Source of the DNA: Chiloscyllium plagiosum
Taxonomy: Eukaryota
Reading direction: 5' to 3'
Length of the DNA: 64,000 nt
Assembly: GCF_004010195.1 (NCBI RefSeq)
Contig: NC_057719.1
Location: 70,390,181 to 70,454,180 of the forward strand
In this document: positions 51,552 to 62,139 of the stretch, piece by piece
Layout: the number at the start of each line of letters is the position of its first letter
How positions within the stretch are numbered: the first letter of the stretch is position 1
Program-made: the position numbers and the translations under genes
Notes under the pieces: model-generated
What the model was told of the DNA's origin: nothing
What the model saw: the letters and a program-made list of their open reading frames with translations, nothing else
Database searches by the model: none

Positions 51552-52163
51552 GGACGAAGAAGGAACTATCATTTCTTATATCTGAACTGATTTCAAACCT
51601 TGGTCCCATAGGTGAAATGACAGTGTTCAAACAGACTGCTACCCAGCTGCAATTCCCTTCGCTGAGCTGTACAGCTGGAATCCAAGCTGAGGCAACAACA
51701 TGACTGGCAGTGCAACCAATCTGCTGTTTATTTTCAACACTTTCGTTCCTTATCTCTTCTCAGCAAGACAGTTCCTCCCCTCAGCTTTAACCAGAAATTA
51801 TTTCAACTTTGTTTTCTTGTGTTACTGACAGAGTCAACCTCCCCATCCACCCATTTCTCAAGTGCAAATACTTTACCTGCCTCGTATAGGCTACATCTTG
51901 GAAAAACTCTTAACCATAATTAACAATCATATAGAGGGCTAATTTCTTGTTAATATGTTTTCACCCATTCATGAAACGTGAGTAACACTTGCTGGCCAGC
52001 ATTTATTGCCTATTCCTAATGGTCCTGAAATTGCCTGGCTGACTATGTCACTTCAGAGAACAGTTAAAAGTAAACCACATTTTTGTGGGTCTAAAGTATT
52101 CTTAGATCGTCACCACGTAAACATGGTAGATTTCCTTCCGTAAAGGACATGAGTGTAGCATAT

Positions 52164-53205
52164 AGTCATAGATTCAGAGTCATACACCATGGAAACAGAC
52201 CCTTCAGTCTAATTCATCCACACCAATCAGACATCCCAATCTGACTTAGTGCCATTTGCTAGGATCTGACCTATTTCCCTCTAATGTCATGGATACATAT
52301 ATTCATCCAAATGCCATTTAAATGTTGTAATTGTACCGGCCTCCATCACTTCCTCTGGCAGCTCATTCCACCCTCTACATGAAAAAGTTAACTGCTTTTT
52401 AAATCTTTCCCCTCTCGCATGCTCTCTAGTTTGTGACTCCCAAACCCTAGGACTGTTCCCCTTATCCACGCCATTCATGATCTTATAAACCTCTGTAAGA
52501 TCTCCCCTCAGCCTCTGATGCTCCTGGGAAAGAAATCCCAGCCTATTCAGCATCTCTCAAAAACCCAAACCCTCAGTCCTGGCAACAACCTTGTAAATAT
52601 TTTCTGCATCCTTTCAAGTTTAACAACATCCTTCCGATAAAAGGGCAACTAGAATTGTATGCAGTATTCAAAAGTAGCCTCACCAATGTCCGGCACAGAG
52701 GCAATATATCATCCCAACTCCTACACTCAATGTTCTGACCATTGAAGGCAAGCATGCCAAATGCCTTCTTCACTACCCTATCTACCTGTGACTCTACTTT
52801 CAAGGAACTATGCATCTGCACCCCACGTCTCTGTTTAGCAACACTTCCCAGGACCCTATCATTAACTGTATAAGTCCTACCCTAATTTGCCTTATCAAAA
52901 CGCAACACCTCATATTCTAAATTAAACTCCATCTGCTATTCCTTGGCCCATTCTTCCATCTGATCAATGTCCCATTGTACTTTGAGATTATCTTCTTTAC
53001 TGTCCACTGCATTACCTATTTTGTTATTATCTGCAAACTTACTAACTGTACTTCCTTTATTCTCATCCAAATTATTTATATAAATGACAAAAACAGTGGC
53101 ACCAATCCTTATGGTACATGCTGGCCACAGGTCTCTCGTCCAAAAAGGAAACCTCTACCACTACCCTCTGTTTCCTACCTTCAAGCCAATTCTGTATGCA
53201 ATTGA
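52164..53205 (-). mobile_element. CR1 LINE 3' fragment
   Basis: VHSSLKVESQVDRVVKKAFGMLAF-like segment, QRLRGDLTEVYKIM, WNELPEEVMEAG. Tail at 52164-52185. Confidence 0.9.
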
Positions 53206-53486
53206 CTAATGGATTTTACATGAACTGACTTCCTAAAAGACCAATCTTTAATCCAGATCTTCTATCAAATGAAGTTTCGTCACTGTTGTGATGGGATTTC
53301 AAACCATGTGCCAGAGAAGTAACTTTTTGCTCTGGATTACTTGACCAGTAATATCATCACTACTTTCCCAGATTAATTAGCCCTAACCTTTTAAACTGAT
53401 TAATCCACTAATGCTGTGAAAAATAGGGTACATTTTTGCATAAGTGTTTCTTTCCACTTTAAGAATTGGAATGACAGGGCCATCAG

Positions 53487-54523
53487 GTAAAAACAATGAC
53501 TCCAGATGCTGAAATCCAGATTCTGGATTAGTGGTGCTGGAAGAGCACAGCAGTTCAGGCAGCATCCGAGGAGCAGTAAAATTGATGTTTTGGGCAAAAG
53601 CAATAAAGGCAGAGAGCCTGAGGGGTGGAGAGATAAGCTAGAGGAGGGTGGTGGTGGGGAGAAAATAGCATAGAGTATAATAGATGAGTGGGGGAGGGGA
53701 TGAAGGTGATAGGTCAAGGAGGAAGGTGGAGTGGATAGGTGGAAAAGAAGATAGGCAGGTAGGACAAGTCATGGGGACAGTGCTGAGCTGGAAGTTTGGA
53801 ACTAGGGTGAGGTGGGAGAAGGGGAAATGAGGAAACTGTTGAAGTCCACATTGATGCCCTGGGGTTGAAGTGTTCCGAGGTGGAAGATGAAAAGTTTTAC
53901 CTGCACATCCACCAATATCATTTATTGTATCCGTTGCTCCCGATGCAGTCTCCTCTACATTGGGGAGACTGGACGCCTCCTAGCAGAGCGCTTTAGGAAA
54001 CATCGCCGGGACACCCGCACCAATCAACCACACCGCCCCATGGCCCAACATTTCAACTCCCCCTCCCACTCTGCCGAGGACATGAAGGTCCTGGGCCTCC
54101 TTCACCGCCGCTCCCTCATCACCCAACACCTGGAGGAAGAACGCCTCATCTTCCGCCTCGGAACACTTCAACCCCAGGGCATCAATGTGGATTTCATCAG
54201 TTTCCTCATTTCCCCTTCCCCCACCTCACCCTAGTTCCAAACTTCCAGCTCAGCACTGTCCCCATGACTTGTCCTACCTGCCTATCTTCTTTTCCACCTA
54301 TCCACTCCACCGTCCTCCTTGACCTATCACTTTCATCCCCTCCCCCACTCACCTATTGTACTCTATGCTACTTTCACCCTACCCCCACCCTACCTCTAGC
54401 TTATCTCTCCACCCTTCAGGCTCTCTGCCTTTATTCCTGATGAAGGGCTTTTGCCCAAAATGTCGATTTTACTGCTCCTCGGATGCTGCCTAAACTGCTG
54501 TGCTCTTCCAGCACCACTAATCC
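53487..54523. mobile_element. Large fold-back PLE insertion (family B) with an intact GIY-YIG segment
   Basis: 16-bp TSD ATGACAGGGCCATCAG (53471-53486, 54524-54539). Inverted arms ~53524-53890 and ~54146-54524, with a ~37-nt tail on the left arm. ORF 53887-54234: NIIYCIRCSRCSLLYIGETGR...RFRKH...HFN...EE...LGTLQPQGIN. Confidence 0.95.
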
Positions 54524-54540
54524 ATGACAGGGCCATCAGT

Positions 54541-55125
54541 CTATAAGACTATAAGATATTGAAACAGAATTAGGCAATTTGGCCCATTGGGTTTTCTCTG
54601 CCATTTGTCCATAGTTAATATGTTTCTTAACAGCATTCTCCTGACTTCTCCCCATAACCCTTGATCCCCTTACTAATCAAAAATCTATCAATCTCAGTCT
54701 TAAATAAAATCAATGACTTGGCCTCCACAACCATTTGTGGCAATGAATTCCACGGATTAACTACACTCTGGCTGAAGAAATTCCTCGTCATCTCAGTTCT
54801 AATGGGTCATCCTTTCAATCTGAGGGTGTGCCTTCTGGTCCTAGTCTCCCCTACTAGCAGAAATATTTTACACTCACCTCCACTCTATCCAAATCTCTCA
54901 GTATGCTGTAGATTTCAGTCAGATGCCCTCTCATCCTTCTAAGCTCCATTGAACCAGCATCTTCAACCGTTCCTCATATGACAATTCCTTTATTCCTGGG
55001 ATCTTTTTTATAAAGTTCCTCTGCATCCTGTCTAAAGCCACCACATCCTTCTTTAGATATGAGGCCCAGAACTGGTCACAATATTCCAAGTGAGGTCTGA
55101 CCAGAACTTTATTCAGCCTCAGCTG
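54541..55125 (-). mobile_element. CR1 LINE 3' fragment
   Basis: KVLVRPHLEYCDQFWASYLKKDVVALDRMQRNF...LSYEERL. Confidence 0.88.
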
Positions 55126-57566
55126 GGAGTTCCTGAGCTTATCCAAGTGTAGCTTGTCTTCTGCTTTTCAGTCAGCTCACCAAAGGTTACAGAACTGTTC
55201 CTCAAAAGCAGCAACTTTCTCAGCATTTATTGCTGAGGAAATTCCTGGCCAGCATGAATCTTCTGCACATGTATGTCATTTCCAGCTAAGAAAAATATGT
55301 ACAGAAGAAAATGAACTAGGAACTGATTTAAAAAAAAGAATCTTGGACTCCTTGAGAAAATCACACCTGAAAGCATTGTAAACCACCTGTACTGGGGCAT
55401 CATTATAAATTGGGTATGTTACCTTATATGAGGCATTTCTCTCTTATGTTAATACCAAAAAAGAAAAATCAACTTGTGGTTCAAAACTTTTTAAAAATCC
55501 TAATTAGTAAAGCTTATCTGTGTTGATAGTGACCATGATTGAATCCCATTCCAAATTTCATTGAGCATCCTGCGATTTTGATATATCCAGTGAGGTATGA
55601 TTGCATGGGCAGAAAATATAGTAACATGTAGAATCTTCCTAGGCCCTGAGCAACATAGGCTATGGTGAATGATGTGCAAAGTCCTGAGAGACGTTACTCA
55701 ATGTCGATAGAAACAAGTAACATTTTCCAAATAAGTTCTGGAAATTGAGATGAGATTCTGACTAGTTAGCAGCAAGAGGCCAATTATTGGAGATTATTGC
55801 TCATTATTATCCTTATTATTACTTAATCTTGCCTTATTAATATGCATTCTCCTATTATACCACCTGTCAGCGAGAAACTAAATGGCAACAATTCCCAACT
55901 TGAAAGTCAAAGCAGTAACCTGGTGACTCCAGCTCACTGCATGCTCCTCTGGATTGCTATCAACATCTCAGGACATGCATCGTGGGCAGCAGCTGCATGC
56001 ACCCATCTCCCATGGATGTTAAAACTGACACATGCAAACCTTTCCAAGCATCTCCAATCCATTTATAGCAATCTTTGGTATTCCACGACTGAACTGAAAT
56101 CTGTTCTGTAGGAACTTGGTTAGATCCTCGTTGCTTTCTAAGAGAATTCATTTGTTCTCTTGGTTCTGTAAAATGTGTGACTCACTGGTCACTCATTATG
56201 ACTGTACAATAAATCATTGCAGAACATGTTCTCTTGTATCCCTCACACCAAGAAAAAGAAAATGGGGAAAAGGACACAAGACATAACAATAATGTGTGAA
56301 ACAAATAAAATCTAAATTCAGTGGAATACTATATAATGTCATCCTCCAAAACTTTTTAGAGGAATAATTTTGCTTATCAATGTTGCCCATTAAGTTCAAG
56401 CAATAAGGCTTACATTTCAAAGCATGACTTTGTTGTTTTTGAGAAGAAAATGCAGGTAAGGAGGCCACAAATGCTAGGGATTTTTTATATTCACATGGTG
56501 TGGCTGGCCAGCATTTATTGCCTGTTCCTCTTAGCCCTTGGGAAGATGGTGGTGAGCTGTCTTCTTGAACCGGTGCAATCCATGTGCAGAAAGTGGATCT
56601 AAATTGTGATTAGGAAGGGAATTCCAGGTTTTTGACTCATTGACAGTAAAGGAATAGCGCAATATTTCCAAGCTGGGGTTGTAAGTGACTTGGAAGGGAA
56701 CTTGCAGATGGTAGTGTTCCAATGCATCTGCTGCCTTCATCTTCTTGATGGAAGAGTTTATGAGATTGGAATGTGCTGAATAAGCAGCAGAGTGTGGGCA
56801 GCGTGACCTGGGCAGAGACTGGTGCAGGAAGCAGTCTTGGAACTTAGCTTGGAACAGCTGAGTGCCAGTATGGAATGGACTGGAGGCTTGGAGCTGAAAG
56901 AGGATGGAAGCTGGTCTGGGGTCTGGTGCAGGAGGGCAGACCATATGCAGAGGTCTTTGCCGAGCTGCTGCAATGGGATGTTGACTTCAAATTTCCTACC
57001 TTACCAAACTGCCAATACTTTAATGATGTCCTATTTTCAATTTATTTTTAAACTCTGTAATAAAGTAATGCAAGTACTTTATTCCTCTGTTGTATCCAAG
57101 ATTTGTACCTGGGTACTTGAACCTAAGATGTCTGCCTCTTTCGGCGACATTATAAAAGCTTTTCACTGTATTCATATAATGGAGTACATGTGATAATAAA
57201 GGAAATTCTATTTTATTCTATCCTAAAAGTGAGAAAATAATAGAAGAATATACAGATGAGTCCCAGGTCACATCCTGGCTCTGTTCTGGGGTCCGTTTGC
57301 AAGTTGGTTTGCTTGCATATTGGAGCAGAGTTCAAGACAATGGAAAGTGGCTGTTCCTAAGTACTGCAAATGTTCATATTTTGGGTCTTTACATTTTAAA
57401 TCCACGTATAGCATCACGTTCCTAAGTATGAGCATTGTAGGTCGAACTTTTGTAAATTTGGGACCCCTGCACTGTTCAGGTAAGATGGAGAAAAGTGGGA
57501 CAAGGTCACAGTGAACCTAAATTCTGGGTTAGATCAGTCACTCCAAATAGCCTATTTCTGTGATGT

Positions 57567-57942
57567 ATTTTGGAGCAGTTCAGTGTCAGTACGTAGCAGA
57601 CTAGAGGCTTGGAAGACTCAGCATTGAGTTCTCCAATTTCAAATAACCTCCCTTCCCTTCCCCTGATTCCCTTCCCAGCCCCTGCCCCTCCCTTCCACTC
57701 CTCCCTGACCAACCAGGTCATACCCATTACCTGCCTTTACCTATCCCCACTTCCCCACCCTGCTCCCGCCACACCCTCCCCCCCACCCTTTATCAGCAAT
57801 TCCTCTAAAACCCATCTCCAATCCTGAAGAAGGGTTACACCTGAAACGTCAACTTTTCCACCTTCTGATGCTGCCTGGCTTGCTGTGTTCTTCCAGCCTC
57901 CTGCTTGTCTGTCTTGGTTTCATCAGCAGCTTTTTATTGTCT
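57567..57942 (+). mobile_element. PLE 3' end (family D) with a short inverted arm
   Basis: 15-bp TSD CTATTTCTGTGATGT (57552-57566, 57943-57957). LSIEFSNFK* ORF end. AGCAGACTAGAGGCTTGGAAGA approximates the inverted arm. Confidence 0.85.
57820..57854 (+). ncRNA. Minimal type I hammerhead ribozyme motif (PLE family D)
   Basis: CUGAAGA(57824-57830)-A-GGGU-UAC-ACCU-GAAA(57843-57846)-CG-UC. Confidence 0.55.
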
Positions 57943-60459
57943 CTATTTCTGTGATGTGGAAAGCTCTAAGTAATTTGTGCCTAACTGATTTATCCCAGTT
58001 ACAATGTGTGGATTTACTTCACATTTGTGCTGTATTAGAGTTATAGATATGGAATCCTACTTGGTTCATTAATTCACAGAGCTTCATTGTTTTCAGGGTT
58101 GGAATCAGTGCAATGATCACTATCATGGCATGATCTTTGGCTACTTATGCACGACTCTCCCTCCAACTACTGCTGGAGAGATTGGGATTTGGATAAGCAG
58201 CAGTAAATGAGCTTTTAAATGCTTCTGAATGATCATTGCTAAAACAGTCTCCTTGCACTGAAAATTAATTTTGCCTTTTGAAGAAAGTTTTCAGTGCAGC
58301 TTTTCTAAAAAAAACAAAAAAAATGTTTTTGATTTGCTCATCTCTTTCTCTCAATTCCATTTATTTCACTTCCTCAGTAATGGTTAAAATTTAATTTATG
58401 TGTACAGAATATAATTTTACTTTTCGCTTTGAAGTCCATGTAGATCATGAAGGATTCTTCAGTTGGATTGGTGGAAGAACTTCTCTGCTGTTTACCATGC
58501 CACAGATCCCCTGTAGGGGGTGGAAACTTCAAACAGATGTCAGGTGACTGCCAGCCTCCTTTGACAAGCCTTTGAGCACAAGCCTGTGTGGAAAGCTTTT
58601 CCCTCAGCGCTGCCAGCACAATCTAGTCCATTAAACTGACTGGATCAAAAATAAAGATTCATATTTCAGAATTTCACTGTTTACATATCCTTCCAGGTTT
58701 TTTTATTTGGCTAATTGTGTCAAACCAGTTTATAATTGTTTAGGATTCTGATTGCTTCTGCTACCTCCCATATTTATTTCAGAGTGCATTATCTCAACTG
58801 AGTGCTTTTCTGTCAAATGACACCAACTGAGTACTTAATATACCTCTGGGCTGTGGTTGTCTCCATATACACTCAGAGGTTACCAGCTTTTTATCCTAGA
58901 GCAAAGTTCTTTCATTGTACAAGTGGTTAATAGCCTTATTTATAACTATGCATTACAGATTACTTTAATATTGTGGCTAAGATCTCTCTTCTTTCTAATC
59001 TTTTTTCCCATCTGCCTTGCTGATATCAGACTAACATTTTCAGTTGCATCATCATTAACATATCCTATTATATTCCTTCATGTACAGAATATGAATGTCA
59101 CTGGCCAGGCTAGCATTTATTACTCAACCCTAATTGCTCACAGGACCAGATGTAGACTTGACTCTAGGCCAGTTAAGGATGTCAGTTTCCTTCCCTAAAG
59201 GACATAAATGAATTAGCTGGGCTTTCCTGCCAATCAACAATGGTTTCATGGTCATTGTTAGACCCTTAATTCCATATATTTAATGAATTCAAATTCCACC
59301 ACCTGCCATGGCAAAATTCAAACCCAGGTCCCCAGAACATTATTAGGGTGTCTGCATAAATAGTCCAGTGAAAATACCATCACTTCCCCAATATTTGCCC
59401 CTGCTCCCCCTCCCCAGTTCTCTCTTCCTTGCTTTACATAATTCCAGTAATTTGCTTTTAATTATTTACAGCAAGTATTAACATAAATTTCATTATTATC
59501 AGTTTCCACCTCCCTGGCAGACCTGCAAAGTTCAAATCTCCCAAGTTATGATGATTTAGAATTCTTACTGGACATCCCAATCCTGTTTGCTTGATTTCTA
59601 CAAAGGGATGATGGTGTTATACCATTGGAATTGTTGTAAACTTGAGCATATTAATTGTTGTATTACAGGCATCTCTATCCTACATCCTATGTTAATTGTA
59701 CTTTGATCCTACTCAAGCCATGAATTGAGAAAATGCCTTCCTCTATCTTCTGAGTGTTCCTTCAAATGTGCTGACGATATAAGATCTTAGTCGATCTGTT
59801 CCTGTAACGCTTGTAATTATGATTTTCTGCCTCTTTTTAAGTCAAAATCACTTTTGACCTATATACTTTTGCTGTCCTTTTCCATGGTATTTCTGCATTC
59901 TATTTTTTACTTTTTGTAGCCATGGGAGTTTATGTTTGGCTTGAGAATCCACTTTAACACTGATACATCTGTTTCAATTGCCTTCCTATTAATAATTCAG
60001 TTGATGAATACACATCATTTAATAAAGTTGCTCTGCAACTGAGTAGCGCTAATTCGCAGTCTGCGTTCTTTCGCATCAGTAACTTCAGAGTCTTACTCAC
60101 TCTGTCTGTTTCTCCAACTGACTGTAGATTAAGTGCTGAACTTATCGTCTGGTTAATTGTTACCTCTAAAGTGAACTTCCTGAATTTCTGGAACACAAGT
60201 TGAGGTGCATTATTGATAATAATTCCAAGGGAAACTGTGTACTACACAAGTTTGTTTTAGTGCTCAAACCACTGAGTCTTCTGTGTTTAATTTACGTTTT
60301 CACTCCATCTTAAATAGTAATGTATGAGGATGAATTAAGTCTTTCATTTGAAGTGGATTAAATCCTGCTCATTCCCATGACCTTTCTGGAACCTTTGGGA
60401 AAATTAATCGCTCTGCTGACATTACGCTCTACATGACACATGTGCAACATGGCGAGATG

Positions 60460-60615
60460 AAATATTCTTTGATGTCACAAGGAATTAAGGGCTACAGGGA
60501 GAATGCGGGTAAGTGGAGTTGAAATGCCCATCAGCCATGATTGAATAGCGGAGTGGATTCGATGGGCCGAATGGCCTTACTTCCGCTCCTATGTCTTATG
60601 GTCTTATGGTCTTAT
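60460..60615 (+). mobile_element. CR1 3' terminus with (CTTATGGT)n tail
   Basis: GATGGGCCGAATGGCCTTACTTCCGCTCCTATGTCTTATGGTCTTATGGTCTTA. Confidence 0.85.
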
Positions 60616-60645
60616 TCTATTTCTTTGAAAATTGTACTGACTGTT

Positions 60646-61195
60646 CATAGAGTCATAGAGATGTATAGCATGGAAACAGGCCCTTCAGTTCAACCCATCC
60701 ATGCTGACCAGTTATCCCAACCCAATCTAATCCCACCTACCAGCATCTGGCCTATATCCCTCCAAGCCCTTCCTATTCATATACCCATCCAAATGCTTCT
60801 TAAATGTTGCAATTGTATCAGCCTCCACTACTTTCTCTGGCAGCTCATTCCATATCCATACCACCCTCTGTGTGAAAAAGTTGCCCCTTAGGTCTCTTTA
60901 ATATCTTTCCCCTCTCACCTTAGACCTATGCTCTCTAGTTCTGGACACCCCGATCCCAGGGAAAAGACTTTACCTATTTACCCTATCCATGCCCCTCATA
61001 ATTTTGTAAACCTCTATAAGGTCACCCCTCAGCCTCCGACGCTCCAGGGAAAACAGCCCCAGCCAGTTCAGCCTCTCCCTATAGCTCAGATCCTCCAACC
61101 CTGGCAACATGCTTGTAAATCTTTTCTGAACGCTTTCAAGGTTCACAACATCTTTCTGATAGGAAGGAGACCAGAATTGCACGCAATATTCCAAA
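60646..61195 (-). mobile_element. CR1 LINE (HER1-like) 3' fragment
   Basis: EYCVQFWSPSYQKDVVNLESVQKRFTSMLPGL...RRLRGDLIEVYKIMRG. CTATGACT tail. Confidence 0.93.
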
Positions 61196-61554
61196 GGGAC
61201 TGTTGAGCTCTGACTTTGCTTTTGTTATGCCAAAGGTCCCCAATGGTGTTAATGTAGAATCTCTTGTCTTTTTGGCTTTGGTATAATCATTCTATGGCCA
61301 TACACACAGGTTGTCGTCGTAATCCTTTTCAATTCATGATCTTCTGGACGGAAGTTTGATCATCCTTGCAGAGTTGTTGGGCATTTGTCTGATTTTTCTA
61401 CTGTACCAATTCCTTTTAGTTTTACTTCAGTTGCTGATGGTGTGCTGATAATTGCAGAAGAATATGACTGCAGTTCTTTGATAAGAATCAAATCTTCATT
61501 GTCTGCTTCATCCACATGTACCCTTGAAAGTTACTCGCCATCACTTGTGTCTTG

Positions 61555-61748
61555 GCTGAAAATGTGTTGCTGGAAAAGCGCAGCAGGTCAGGCAGCATCC
61601 AAGGAGCAGGAGAACAGGCTGGGGCTGTTTTCCCTGGAGCGTCGGAGGCTGATGGGTGACCTTATAGAGGTTTACAAAATTATGAGGGGCATGGATAGGG
61701 TAAATAGGTAAAGTCTTTTCCCTGGGGTCGGGGAGTCCAGAACTAGAG
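61555..61748. mobile_element. Chimeric insertion: antisense PLE family A terminus (61555-61614) fused to a sense CR1 ORF2 fragment (61612-61748)
   Basis: One 15-bp perfect TSD ATCACTTGTGTCTTG (61540-61554, 61749-61763) brackets both parts. GAA microhomology at the junction. Confidence 0.92.
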
Positions 61749-62139
61749 ATCACTTGTGTCTTGCCTGGAAGTAGACTATTATGTAATTCTATCTCACCAG
61801 TCTAAGCTTGAATGTTTGCATTCATAAAGGTAGGTTTATGATTTTCATTCATCCTAATAACATTACCAATGTCTTATGAACATCAATATATGAATTAGGA
61901 GCAGCAGAAGACTATTCATACACTGAAGCCTGCTCCATCTTGACTTGGAATTTCAATCCCATCACATAAACCTTTCACATCACCATGTCACTGCTAATTC
62001 CTTCTTTTCTATCATTGTGTACCTGTATATGATCTCAGTTAAAGTTTGCGACAGGAATTGCACAGGATTTCTGCTTCCATCAGTTAGCACTTGCGGAAGG
62101 GCATGAGAATGCAAATGTAACCGTGATACAAAATAAAAC

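Larger units (their letters stand above)
59900..61350 (-). mobile_element. Ancient Ty3/Gypsy integrase remnant interrupted by CR1 copies (may extend to ~61870)
   Basis: Minus strand: LCVYGHRMIIPK..RQEILH..H.G.FGITK (~61310-61225), PKVPERSWE (~60398), IIINNAPQL, and ISSALNLQSVGETDRVSKTLKLLMRKNADCELALLSCRATLL..YSSTELLIGRQLK. Confidence 0.7.

Noticed and set aside
55172..55270. 99-nt open candidate exon (TTTCAG|...CAT|GTATGT)
   Set aside because: Weak donor, unrecognisable peptide, adjacent to a CR1 end, and no partner exons.
5080..61614. Recurring GCTGGAAAAGCGCAGCAGGTCAGGCAGCATCC repeats as a CRISPR-like array or MITE family
   Set aside because: Copies are dispersed with no regular spacers, are continuous with PLE RT/GIY-YIG sequence, and have variable junctions and long variable TSDs.
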